Notes under the pieces: generated by a model
Databases searched by the model: none
Seen by the model: only the letters and a program-made list of their open reading frames with translations
What the model was told of the DNA's origin: nothing
Part shown: piece after piece, positions 16,761 to 26,282 of the stretch
How positions within the stretch are numbered: position 1 is the first letter of the stretch
Layout: each line of letters begins with the position of its first letter
From: Pseudodesulfovibrio piezophilus C1TLV30
GTDB taxonomy: Bacteria; Desulfobacterota; Desulfovibrionia; Desulfovibrionales; Desulfovibrionaceae
Assembly (NCBI RefSeq): GCF_000341895.1
Contig: NC_020409.1
Coordinates: forward strand, 1,110,001 to 1,142,000
Direction: 5' to 3'
DNA length: 32,000 nt
Program-made: the position numbers and the translations under genes

Positions 16761-19727
16761 ATGAGTGACCACGATAGAAGCAAAGAAGAACTCGCCATAG
16801 AGCTTGCCTCATTACGCGCCTGCCTGGAGCTTCCCCAGAGCATGCCTGCACAACTTCATCCCTCCGATGAAACATATAAACAAGTTCTCGATGCACTGCC
16901 ACAAATGGTCTATGAAATGGATGAAAACGGTCAGTTCATCTATGCCAACACAGAAGCCCTCCGCTCTTTCAACTATTCTCACAAAGATTTCCTCAATGGC
17001 GTCAATCTGGCCCAGATAGTTGATCCAAAGGACCTTGAACGAGCAAAAGACAACATGGAAAAGGCCCTAAGCGGCAATGGCTATCAGGGCGAAGAGTATA
17101 CGGGCATCCGAAAGGATGGCTCGCGCTTTCCACTCAAGGTTTACTCACAAACCGTTTACAATAAAGCAGGTGCTCCTGTTGGCATCCGAGGGACAGTTCT
17201 CGACCTTTCAGAGGTGAGACAGGCGGAAAAAGCCCTCAAAAAAAGTGAGACATACTACCGGACCCTTTTTGAAAACACCGGTACGGCCATGGCCATATTC
17301 GGTGAAGATTCCGTCATCTTGAGCTGCAATTCTCAATTCGCCCGCCTCTCCGGCTTTGCCGTGGCGGATGTAGAAAAGAAAATGATGTGGACACAATTTG
17401 TCCGCGCCGATGAAATCGACCATGTTCACAGGAAACACGAATCCACACGAGGGCAGATTTCCGAAAAACCGCACACCTACAGATGCACCTTCATACCCCG
17501 AACAGGGGAAGAAAAACTGATCCAGGTTTTCATGCAGCTTATCCCGGAAACCCGTAACAGGGTATGCTCTCTCATTGATGTCACCGAAGTGGTTCGGGCG
17601 GAAGAAGCCCTGAAAAAAAGTGAAGCATACTACCGGACCCTCTTCGGCAACACGGGAACGGCCATGATCATATTTGGCGAGAATGGCATTATTCAAAGCT
17701 GCAACGCCCACTTTGAAAAGCTGGCAGGATGTCCCTCAACTGAAATCATCGGGAAAATGCTGCTCTGGGATTTTGTTTCACCCGAAGACCTTGACCGGAT
17801 GATGATGTATCATGAGAGAAGGCCGTCTGAAAATCGATACACCCCTCAAGATTACGAATTCAATTTTCTCACTCCGGACAATAAGGAAAAAATCGTCCAT
17901 GTCTTCATCCAATACATCCCCGAGAGCAGTGATCGTGCCTGTTCTCTCATCGATATCACTGACAGAAAACAGATAGAGCAGGCACTCCGTAAAAGTGAAG
18001 AGCGTTACCAGCTTGTTGTCCAAGGTGCCAACGACGGCATATGGGACTGGAATCTCGAAAGCAACTACGTGTATTACTCACCCCGCTATAAAGCGATTCT
18101 CGGTTATGAGGATCACGAATTTTCCAATACAGCCGAATCCTGGACCGACCATGTCCACCCGGATGACCTTGCGCATACCATCGCCGCCAATAAAGAATGC
18201 ATTGAAGGGAAAAAAGACAAATTCGAAGTGGAATACAGGATGCGTCACAAGGATGGAACCTACCGATGGATTCACGGTCGGGGTACAAGCACACGCAATG
18301 AACAAGGCGATATATACCGTTTGGCAGGCACACATACCGATATCACCGCACGCAAACTCCAGGAAAGGACTACTAATGCAAGATACGCCATTGCCAAGGC
18401 CATTGAGACATCCGAAGCCATGCATCACCTCTATGCTGAAATTCACGGAGTGCTTGATCGACTCATTCACGCCGGTAATTTCTTCATAGCGCTTCTCGAT
18501 GAAAAGAACGACCGGATCACTTTTCCCTACTTCAAAGACGAAAAAGACGAATACAGAGATATAGAGAATGTCAGCAATCCCAAAACAAAAAGTCTCATAG
18601 GCCATGTCCTTCGATCCGGCGAACCCATATTCTTCTCAAATGCCAGCCCTGAAACGGCCCGTCCGGAGTTGCAGGCAGACACGATAGGCACACCGGCAGC
18701 GGTCTGGCTTGGCGTCCCGCTTCGACTCAAAGATAAAGTTGTCGGAGCCATGGCAGTACAACACTACAGCGACCCATATCACTACTCCGATGCCGATGTT
18801 TCCCTCATGAAAGCTGCCGCCGAACAGGTCGCCATCGTTATTGAACGGAAAGCCAACGAAGAGGCTTTAACCCGACTGAACGAAGAGCTGGAAAGCAAAG
18901 TTGAAATGCGCACTGCGGAACTTCTGGAAAACACGGCACAGCTTGAAGCAGCCAACCGTCGATTGACCGAGCTTGATGAGATCAAGTCCGCGCTGGTTTC
19001 ATCTGTTTCCCACGAACTGCGAACTCCACTGACATCCATTCGAGGTTTTGCCAAACTGACCGGAAAGGATTTCGTCAAGTTCTTCACGCCACTCTCTCAT
19101 TCTCAACTTCTCAAGGAAAAAGGGGAAAGGATAGTCAAGAATCTCGAAATCATTGAAAGTGAAGGCGTTCGACTCACACGCCTCATCAATGATTTCCTGG
19201 ACATTAATCGTATCGAATCCGGTAAGGTTATCTGGAATGATACACTCCTCAATCCGTGTGAAGTCATACGCAATGCATCCAGCGCCCTGGTCGGAGCTTT
19301 TGCCGCCAAGCCGGAAGTCGCCCTCTTCACCAACATGCCCACCAAGGTTTCTCCAATCAATGCAGACCCCGATAAAATCCAGCAGGTTATCATAAACCTT
19401 CTCAACAATGCCTGCAAATTCACACTCGAAGGAACTGTGACTGTTTCGCTCTTGGAAAAAACGGATCACCTGCTTATCTCTGTAAGTGATACCGGAATAG
19501 GTATCCCGGAAGATGAACAAAAGCACATCTTTGAAAAGTTCCATAAATCCCGGGCCGGTGACACCATCAGCATCAAGGATAAGGGCACTGGATTGGGATT
19601 GGCCATCTGCCGAGAAATCGTGACCCATTACAAGGGGAAGATTTGGGTAGAATCAATTCCAGGTAAAGGAAGCCATTTCCATTTTACCATACCGACAATT
19701 TCCGGCACTGAAACATCCTGCCTATGA
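16761..19727 (+). CDS. Cytoplasmic sensor histidine kinase: four PAS domains, GAF, HisKA, HATPase_c
   Basis: Four PAS S-box starts (e.g. YRTLFENTGTAM, YRTLFGNTGTAM, RYQLVVQGANDGIWDW). GAF (...VWLGVPLRLKDKVVGAMAVQHY...). H-box SHELRTPL, plus DTGIGIP and GTGLGLAI. No TM segment. Start at 16761 (GGAG 5 nt upstream). Confidence 0.9.
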   Translation: MSDHDRSKEELAIELASLRACLELPQSMPAQLHPSDETYKQVLDALPQMVYEMDENGQFIYANTEALRSFNYSHKDFLNGVNLAQIVDPKDLERAKDNMEKALSGNGYQGEEYTGIRKDGSRFPLKVYSQTVYNKAGAPVGIRGTVLDLSEVRQAEKALKKSETYYRTLFENTGTAMAIFGEDSVILSCNSQFARLSGFAVADVEKKMMWTQFVRADEIDHVHRKHESTRGQISEKPHTYRCTFIPRTGEEKLIQVFMQLIPETRNRVCSLIDVTEVVRAEEALKKSEAYYRTLFGNTGTAMIIFGENGIIQSCNAHFEKLAGCPSTEIIGKMLLWDFVSPEDLDRMMMYHERRPSENRYTPQDYEFNFLTPDNKEKIVHVFIQYIPESSDRACSLIDITDRKQIEQALRKSEERYQLVVQGANDGIWDWNLESNYVYYSPRYKAILGYEDHEFSNTAESWTDHVHPDDLAHTIAANKECIEGKKDKFEVEYRMRHKDGTYRWIHGRGTSTRNEQGDIYRLAGTHTDITARKLQERTTNARYAIAKAIETSEAMHHLYAEIHGVLDRLIHAGNFFIALLDEKNDRITFPYFKDEKDEYRDIENVSNPKTKSLIGHVLRSGEPIFFSNASPETARPELQADTIGTPAAVWLGVPLRLKDKVVGAMAVQHYSDPYHYSDADVSLMKAAAEQVAIVIERKANEEALTRLNEELESKVEMRTAELLENTAQLEAANRRLTELDEIKSALVSSVSHELRTPLTSIRGFAKLTGKDFVKFFTPLSHSQLLKEKGERIVKNLEIIESEGVRLTRLINDFLDINRIESGKVIWNDTLLNPCEVIRNASSALVGAFAAKPEVALFTNMPTKVSPINADPDKIQQVIINLLNNACKFTLEGTVTVSLLEKTDHLLISVSDTGIGIPEDEQKHIFEKFHKSRAGDTISIKDKGTGLGLAICREIVTHYKGKIWVESIPGKGSHFHFTIPTISGTETSCL
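17226..17975 (+). repeat. Tandem 375-nt (125-codon) duplication encoding two sister PAS modules
   Basis: GCCCT(C/G)AAAAAAAGTGA(G/A)(A/G)CATACTACCGGACCC occurs at 17232 and 17607, exactly 375 nt apart. The protein units align end to end: EALKKSE.YYRTLF.NTGTAM.IFGE...CSLID.T. Confidence 0.8.
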
Positions 19728-19773
19728 GAGCAAAGGCACTCTTGCCATATCTCCTCGCAGCAGATCCCCCCAA

Positions 19774-22020
19774 TTAATTCGCGAACCCCGCAAGCACTTC
19801 TTCCAATTCATCCTTGTCAAAGGGTTTGACAAGATAAACATCCACTCCGGCGCGAAGAGCAGTCTGACGGTCGTTCTCTGCCGCATGGGCGGAAAGAGCG
19901 ATAATCGGAATTGTATTGCAATGCGCGTAATTCGGATCGGTACGGATCGCTCGAGTGGCACCAAGCCCATCAAGCCCAGGCATTTGGATATCCATCAGGA
20001 CGACATCGAAAGCACTCTCGGAAAGCTTCTCCAGGCATTGAAATCCATTCTCGGCACACTCAACCGAATGTCCCATTTTCTCGAGAATACGGTGCGCCAT
20101 GAGCCTATTCACCTTCTCATCTTCCACAAGAAGAATACGCAAAGAAGCTGAGACGGACTGGTGTTTTTTCACAGTATAGAGAGGGAGAAGTGTCCCTCCT
20201 CTTTTAAGCTGTACACAGAAAAGAAGCGTGGTGCCAACACCGACTTCACTTTCAAGAACGCACGTCCCCTCCATCAAGTTGACGAGTTTCTGGACAATTG
20301 GCAATCCGAGACCAGTCCCCTGATATTCTCGGGAAAGAGAGCCATCCACCTGAGTGAAGGCATCAAAAATATACTCGATTTTATCATCAGGAATTCCGAC
20401 TCCGGTATCTTCTATGGCAAAAAACAACCGGGCCTTCTCTTCCTCTTTCGATTGCAGACCATACACCTCTATTTTGATGCTCCCTGATGGTGTAAATTTG
20501 ATCGCATTACCAAGCAGGTTGAATATGACCTGTCGCAGACGCCCCACATCGCCGGTATAGGTTCCCAAGACATTTGTATCGATGTGATAAGTCATGGAAA
20601 GCCCTTTTTCCTTGGCCTGGAGCTGAAAGAGATTGATGCTTTGCGTGATCAAATCCTCCAGGTCAAAAACCTCTTCCAGCAACTCCAGCTTCCCTGCGCC
20701 TATCTTGATGAAATCAAGGAGATCATTGAGGACTCGCATCAAATTTTTTGACGACTGAAGTGCGGTAGACAAAAAAGAAAGCTGCTCCTTGTCAAGTTGT
20801 GTATCATTGAGAAGTTGGAGCATCCCCATGACACCATTGAGCGGTGTTCTGACCTCGTGACTGATATTGGCCAAAAATTCATCTTTGGCCCGGTTGGCAG
20901 CCTCGGCACTGATCCGTGCCGCCAAAAGATCCTCCTCACGCCTCTTCAACGTTGCTGACATGGTATCAAAGGCTTCCGCCAATTCACCGATCTCACCATC
21001 AGTATAAGGGACCCCGCTTCCCTGAAAATCTCCATCCTGCCCCAAGCGCCGCGTCGCCCAGATAAGCTTGTTCATTCTTATTCCGATGCTTTTCCAGGCG
21101 AGTAGCCACGCCAGCAGCACAGCAACGCATAGAGAAAAGAAACTGGCCAATATGCCCTGCACCATCGCCATATTGGTTGTTTCCAGAACCCTGCCTCGAT
21201 CAAGGCCCATGAACATGTACATATAGGGAGGGGCATGCGGTGCAAGACGAAGGGGCTCATAGGCCATTATTCGCTGCAACTGATCTGACCCTTGTGTATG
21301 AATGATCCCAGGCTTGGTTGCATTCCGTACGATATCAAAAACTTCCTTCTTGATCCGACCGCCCGCCTTTGCTCCGTCAGGGGCAGGACGACGGAATAGC
21401 CGAAGTCCATTCCTGTCACACAATCCGAAAAAGGCTCCCTTTGGAAAAGCTGAATTATCAAACAACTCTGTATAATGATTCAAATCAACACCGATAATAA
21501 GAGCACCGAGAGAACGACCGGATTCATCAAGAACCGGCATTCCAAATGGGAAAATGGACTTTTTACTCGTCTTTCCAATCACATATTCGCCAAAAGAAAA
21601 CTCCTTTTGTTCCACCGCATCCCTAAACTGTTTGCGATCGGCAAAATTGAATCCCTGATTCTCCCCTTTACCGATAGCCAAGACATCACCGTGCTCATCA
21701 AGCAAAATAGCATTCGTATAAATAGGATTGGCCTTGAGCAATGTCTCAAGAATCCGAGTACTCCCAGGTATATCCCTCTGCTTGATGGCGGGTAATTCCG
21801 AGACAGTTCGAAGTAATGTTCTCGTTGAATTCGTGATTCGACGCTGCACTTCACTGAAGCCATGGAGAAAGAGCGTGGTATCCCGCTCCGCAATCCGGAC
21901 CGCTTCATCACGATGATTGAACTCAAGTAAAAGGAGAACCAAGAAGACCGGAAAAGTGGCCCAAACAACGATATATATAATTTTCTTCCGGAGAGAACCA
22001 TGGATCAGTTTGAAAAGCAT
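19774..22020 (-). CDS. Hybrid sensor histidine kinase/response regulator: Cache-like periplasmic domain, HAMP, HisKA, HATPase_c, REC
   Basis: Two TM segments flank a Cache-like region. SHEVRTPLNGV, DTGVGIPDD, GTGLGLPIV. Receiver LLVEDEKVN...VLMDIQMPGLDG...LVKP. Confidence 0.9.
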   Translation of the reverse strand: MLFKLIHGSLRKKIIYIVVWATFPVFLVLLLLEFNHRDEAVRIAERDTTLFLHGFSEVQRRITNSTRTLLRTVSELPAIKQRDIPGSTRILETLLKANPIYTNAILLDEHGDVLAIGKGENQGFNFADRKQFRDAVEQKEFSFGEYVIGKTSKKSIFPFGMPVLDESGRSLGALIIGVDLNHYTELFDNSAFPKGAFFGLCDRNGLRLFRRPAPDGAKAGGRIKKEVFDIVRNATKPGIIHTQGSDQLQRIMAYEPLRLAPHAPPYMYMFMGLDRGRVLETTNMAMVQGILASFFSLCVAVLLAWLLAWKSIGIRMNKLIWATRRLGQDGDFQGSGVPYTDGEIGELAEAFDTMSATLKRREEDLLAARISAEAANRAKDEFLANISHEVRTPLNGVMGMLQLLNDTQLDKEQLSFLSTALQSSKNLMRVLNDLLDFIKIGAGKLELLEEVFDLEDLITQSINLFQLQAKEKGLSMTYHIDTNVLGTYTGDVGRLRQVIFNLLGNAIKFTPSGSIKIEVYGLQSKEEEKARLFFAIEDTGVGIPDDKIEYIFDAFTQVDGSLSREYQGTGLGLPIVQKLVNLMEGTCVLESEVGVGTTLLFCVQLKRGGTLLPLYTVKKHQSVSASLRILLVEDEKVNRLMAHRILEKMGHSVECAENGFQCLEKLSESAFDVVLMDIQMPGLDGLGATRAIRTDPNYAHCNTIPIIALSAHAAENDRQTALRAGVDVYLVKPFDKDELEEVLAGFAN

Positions 22021-22369
22021 TCTCCATTCCTTTCAGCAGTGTGTTATCTTCAAACCGAGAGAAAATTACACCTGTCTATAAATACAACCGATAGCATAGA
22101 TAAAAAGGGTTGTCTCCACACCCTCTTATTTTTTTAAGGGAGGGGAAAAATAATCCGCCCCCAATAGAGGTTTAGTAAAAATCAAAAGGGCTAGGGAGAA
22201 AAGCACTGTTTTTTTTCACTTTCAGAGGTTGAGACCTCTTTCCATGGAGAAAAAAGCCAAGATATTCTTTTGATGCGACCTCTCCAACGAAAAGCTCATT
22301 TTCAAAAGGACAAAAGATGGCAAGCGGCGAAGAGTGGCATGCTCCTGCCGCACAGGGAGAAATACGTTA

Positions 22370-22413
22370 GAAAAAAGAAAAGGGGTTTACGCTGACACGC
22401 AGCGTAAACCCCT
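22370..22413 (-). terminator. Rho-independent terminator downstream of tRNA-Arg
   Basis: Perfect 14-bp stem AGGGGTTTACGCTG-acacg-CAGCGTAAACCCCT. On the minus strand it is followed by TTTCTTTTTTC. Confidence 0.8.
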
Positions 22414-22421
22414 GAAAAAAT

Positions 22422-22498
22422 TGGTGCCCCCAGCGCGATTCGAACACGCGGCACCAGGATTAGGAATCCTGTGCTCTATCCACCTGAGCTATGGGGGC
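22422..22498 (-). tRNA. tRNA-Arg (anticodon CCT)
   Basis: The reverse complement folds as a cloverleaf: acceptor GCCCCCA/TGGGGGC, D-arm GCTCAGGTGGATAGAGC, anticodon stem CAGGA/TCCTG with loop TTCCTAA, T-arm GCGTG-TTCGAAT-CGCGC, encoded CCA. Confidence 0.93.
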
Positions 22499-22738
22499 AC
22501 ACAAACATCCGGAAATACCGAACGCAGGGAAATGTCCCTAGCTGAGCAGGCATAAAAAGGCAAGCTTTTCATCTATTCAATCATGCGATTTTCCTGATAA
22601 CAAGCGTTCCATCAATTTAAAAATCGTTCAAAAACACAGTTATACATTGATTGATTGACACGCTCTGTTGTAGGCTTAAAAACTACCCATACCCATTATT
22701 CAGAAAACTCGACATCCTCGGACAACCAGGGCGACTCC

Positions 22739-24685
22739 ATGACTCTCAAACAAAAGACTCTTCTTGTCACGGCTGCTGGCGTTATCGCCATTCTTTTTTC
22801 CGGCATAGCCCAATTCTGGACTATAGACAGGATCAATACGGCTTGGACAAACTACAAAAACGAGGCAGAAGTCAGGGAAAGACTTGTCTCGGATATTGAA
22901 AACCAATTCGGTTACGGTGGAATTATCCATAATTTCAAAAATTTCGTTCTGCGAGGAAATACTAAATACCTTGGGGCCATCGCGAAAAACAGATCTCAAA
23001 TCCTTAAGGATATCAACAGTTATAGACAATTTTCAATATCAAAAGAAGAAAGCAAGGCTCTTGATGTCATAGAATCCGTCATGGGATTGTATACAAGCAA
23101 TACTTCCATGGTGAAGAACATGTTTGAAAATGGTGCCACGCCATCCGAAATAGACAAAGCCGTCAAGATCAATGACACCCCGGCCTTTAAGGGATTCAAA
23201 ACCCTGAGAGAACATGTTTCCGCCTTGGGCGACAGCGCCCACTCCGAGCTCTCCACAGCGTCGCAACTTCAGCTTGTTTTTCTTATCATAGCATTCATTG
23301 CCCTGGCAGCTGTCATCATTGTGGCCGTCATCATTCAACGCAGTCAGACCGGCACCATTATCTCGATGTCCAGAACAATGACAGACATTGAAGCGAGTAA
23401 GAATTTTTCCAAGCGCATTCATGATGGGCGCACAGACGAAGTCGGACAACTGACTCAGACTTTTGACAAACTTCTTGCCAATATCGAATCCATGCTTGCT
23501 TTGAACCGAGCCGTGCTCGACGCGGTTCCCGACCCCATATTCCTGGGCAAGAATGGCAAGGTCGTTTTCGGCAATACTGTTGCCGCAGGCTACGCGGGTG
23601 TTCATGTCAAAGATTTTCCGGGGACTGATGCCTCGAGAGTACTCGTCAGAGCAGAACACGCAAAAGAGCGCGGCCACTATGTAACCTGCCTTAAAGACGG
23701 AGAAGAGGTTATCCTCGACGAGATGACAACCGAAGTTTCCGATAAAAGCGGGCAGACGCTCGGTTCTCTTGTTGTGGCACGCGATGTCACCCTGCTGGTC
23801 CGCAGAGAGGCGGAATCAGAAGCGAACCTGACCATGATCAAGGAAGTAAGTGCTGAAATCAACAATGCCGCCCAGGAACTGGTCAGCTCTACAGGTGCGC
23901 TGTCTGCTCGGATCGAATCCATCTCAGACGGAGCCCATGCCCAACGCGAAATTTCCGGCGAGGCAGCTGCTGCCATGGCAAAGATGAATGAAACGGTTCT
24001 GGACGTTGCCCGGAATGCTTCCGGTGCTGCCGAGCAGGCAGAGCAGGCGCGCGCAAAAGCCGTGGAAGGCGCAGAGGTGGTGGAAGAATCCATCAACTCC
24101 ATATCCCAGGTCAACAGGCAGGCAGATTCTCTCAAGCAAAGCATGGACGTCCTGGGCAATCATACGGAATCCATCGGGGCCATCATTGGTGTGATTAACG
24201 ACATAGCAGACCAGACAAATCTTCTGGCCCTTAATGCAGCGATTGAAGCAGCCCGCGCAGGAGAAGCGGGTCGAGGATTTGCCGTTGTCGCCGACGAAGT
24301 ACGGAAATTGGCAGAAAAGACGATGGATGCCACAAAAAACGTCGCCAAAGCTATCGAATCCATACAACAAGTTGCCCGAAAAAATATTGAAGACATGGAA
24401 AACGCATCCAAATCCGTCGGTTCAGCCACAGACCTGGCAGGAAAATCAGGACGGGCCTTGGGAGCAATTGTCGAACTTGTCGAGGGGACTACCCGACAAG
24501 TCCAATCCATCGCCCAGGCTTCGGAAGATCAGTCAACGAGCAGCGAAATGGTTATGAGTTCAGTGAGCGAAGTCAGCATCATCTCGGACCAGACCGCCGA
24601 TGGAATGCGTGAATCAACCGAAGCTATTCGCGGACTCACCAACCTCGCACAACGGCTTGAAGAACTGGCAGCCAAAGCTGGCTAA
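22739..24685 (+). CDS. Methyl-accepting chemotaxis protein: helical periplasmic sensor, HAMP, PAS-like domain, MA domain
   Basis: Two TM segments. [32 protein letters not shown]. Start at MTLKQKTLL immediately before TM1. No C-terminal pentapeptide. Confidence 0.9.
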   Translation: MTLKQKTLLVTAAGVIAILFSGIAQFWTIDRINTAWTNYKNEAEVRERLVSDIENQFGYGGIIHNFKNFVLRGNTKYLGAIAKNRSQILKDINSYRQFSISKEESKALDVIESVMGLYTSNTSMVKNMFENGATPSEIDKAVKINDTPAFKGFKTLREHVSALGDSAHSELSTASQLQLVFLIIAFIALAAVIIVAVIIQRSQTGTIISMSRTMTDIEASKNFSKRIHDGRTDEVGQLTQTFDKLLANIESMLALNRAVLDAVPDPIFLGKNGKVVFGNTVAAGYAGVHVKDFPGTDASRVLVRAEHAKERGHYVTCLKDGEEVILDEMTTEVSDKSGQTLGSLVVARDVTLLVRREAESEANLTMIKEVSAEINNAAQELVSSTGALSARIESISDGAHAQREISGEAAAAMAKMNETVLDVARNASGAAEQAEQARAKAVEGAEVVEESINSISQVNRQADSLKQSMDVLGNHTESIGAIIGVINDIADQTNLLALNAAIEAARAGEAGRGFAVVADEVRKLAEKTMDATKNVAKAIESIQQVARKNIEDMENASKSVGSATDLAGKSGRALGAIVELVEGTTRQVQSIAQASEDQSTSSEMVMSSVSEVSIISDQTADGMRESTEAIRGLTNLAQRLEELAAKAG

Positions 24686-24824
24686 CACTTTTCGACTCGG
24701 TGACAAAAGACTCTTTTTTGGTGCAAAACCATTCACACTATTTACACGACAGAAAAAAGTCCTATACTTCGAAAACGCGGCAATACCGCAATCCTGTTTT
24801 CCGCATCTGTTTTAGGAGGCTTTT

Positions 24825-26240
24825 ATGATCCGTCGACTTTCTCAATACACTCTGGCACTGACTCTTGTGCTGGCATTGCCGGCTCTTGCGTATGCCAACG
24901 GCCTTCCGGTCTTTACGGAACTCGCCGCAAAAGCGGGCAAATCAGTTGTTTTTATTTCTACGGAAACAACGACAAAAAGCAACCCGCATGTGCAACAATT
25001 CAGACAGCAAATACCCCAGGGGCAACGCTTCAGAGATTTTTTTGAACACTTCGACCAATTTTTTGGACAACAACAACGCCAACCACGAAAACAACGTGCG
25101 CAAGGGTCAGGGTTCGTCATCACTCCAGATGGCCAGATTGTCACGAACAATCACGTCATAGATGGAGCGGACAAGGTTACCGTTCGATTCCAGGACGATA
25201 ATACGGAATACGTCGCTCGAGTGATCGCCAGTGACAGAGAGACAGACCTCGCAGTCATCAAGATCGACATAGACAGACAACTTCCTGTTTTGAAAATGGG
25301 TGATTCTGAAGCCATTCAGGTAGGTGAATGGGTTCTTGCTATCGGCAACCCTTATGGCTTGGACAACACCGTCACAGCAGGAATCATCTCGGCCAAGCAC
25401 AGAATTATCGGAGCTGGACCGTTTGACAATTTTCTGCAAACAGACGCTTCCATCAACCCAGGCAACTCCGGTGGGCCACTGCTGAATATGCAGGGCGAAG
25501 TTATCGGGATCAATACAGCCATTAATGCTGCTGCCGAAAATATAGGCTTCGCTATTCCTTCCACCCAGGCCGAAAAAATTATCAATCAACTCCGCGAAGG
25601 CAAGACCGTCAAACGTGGCTGGCTCGGAGTCACCATCCAAAGCGTTGGAGAAAATCAGGCCAAAGCACTGGGCCTTGCTGAGCCGACAGGGGCATTGATC
25701 GCTTCAGTTGCCGAGGATCAACCAGCTGACAAGGCCGGAGTCCTCCAAGGTGACGTTGTTCTTGAGGTCAATGGAGTCAAAACAACCGACAACAACGAAT
25801 TGCTGAGACAAATAGCCAGCCTCAAACCCGGCGACAAAGCCAAGCTCACTTTGTGGCGCAACGGCAAACAAATAGCCAAGACGGTCACCTTGGGCGAACG
25901 AGGGGAAAAGACCATGGCAGCCATGCGCCCGCAACACCCCGATCAGGAAGCCCTGGTGCTTGGTATGTCACTCAAGACAATCACCGAAAAAGAGGCAAAT
26001 GCCCTGGGACTGGAACGACCACAGGGACTGCTTGTCATCCAGGTTGATGAAACATCCCCCGCTGCAGATGAAGGAATCCGCCAAGGCGACGTGATCATCC
26101 AGGCTAATCAGCAGGATGTAACCTCCACTGCAGGACTCAAGAGCGTGATCGAACGCGACAAGAAACGTGGAGCGGTCATGCTCCTCATCAAACGCCAAGG
26201 GCAAAATATCTTTGTGGCCCTTCCGCTTGAGACAAAATAG
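24825..26240 (+). CDS. htrA: Periplasmic serine endoprotease, DegP/DegQ (HtrA) family, two PDZ domains
   Basis: Signal peptide ...ALPALAYA. Triad contexts TNNHVI, DLAVIKI, GNSGGPL. Two PDZ-like segments. SD TAGGAGG. Confidence 0.93.
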   Translation: MIRRLSQYTLALTLVLALPALAYANGLPVFTELAAKAGKSVVFISTETTTKSNPHVQQFRQQIPQGQRFRDFFEHFDQFFGQQQRQPRKQRAQGSGFVITPDGQIVTNNHVIDGADKVTVRFQDDNTEYVARVIASDRETDLAVIKIDIDRQLPVLKMGDSEAIQVGEWVLAIGNPYGLDNTVTAGIISAKHRIIGAGPFDNFLQTDASINPGNSGGPLLNMQGEVIGINTAINAAAENIGFAIPSTQAEKIINQLREGKTVKRGWLGVTIQSVGENQAKALGLAEPTGALIASVAEDQPADKAGVLQGDVVLEVNGVKTTDNNELLRQIASLKPGDKAKLTLWRNGKQIAKTVTLGERGEKTMAAMRPQHPDQEALVLGMSLKTITEKEANALGLERPQGLLVIQVDETSPAADEGIRQGDVIIQANQQDVTSTAGLKSVIERDKKRGAVMLLIKRQGQNIFVALPLETK

Positions 26241-26250
26241 ATTACAACCT

Positions 26251-26275
26251 GGGGCTCCTCCGGGAGCCCCTTTTT
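26251..26275 (+). terminator. Rho-independent terminator after htrA
   Basis: GGGGCTCC-tccg-GGAGCCCC followed by T5. Confidence 0.85.
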
Positions 26276-26282
26276 ATACCCA

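Noticed and set aside
22335-22349. Sigma54-like TGGCAT-N-TGC element
   Set aside because: The GG-to-GC spacing is one nt shorter than the strict -24/-12 spacing. On the plus strand it points only at the tRNA terminator, with no downstream gene.
22370-22520. tRNA-Arg as an integration site for a genomic island
   Set aside because: I found no direct repeat of the tRNA 3' end, no integrase, and no mobile-element genes on either side. The flanking genes are ordinary sensors.
22334-22555. 73-aa plus-strand ORF
   Set aside because: It reads through the tRNA-Arg gene and its terminator on the opposite strand, so it is not a coding sequence.
23039-24510. Several 110-210-aa minus-strand ORFs inside the second MCP gene
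   Set aside because: They are antisense shadows of an Ala/Glu-rich coiled-coil gene with low-complexity Ser/Ala/Arg composition. The plus-strand MCP call is unambiguous.
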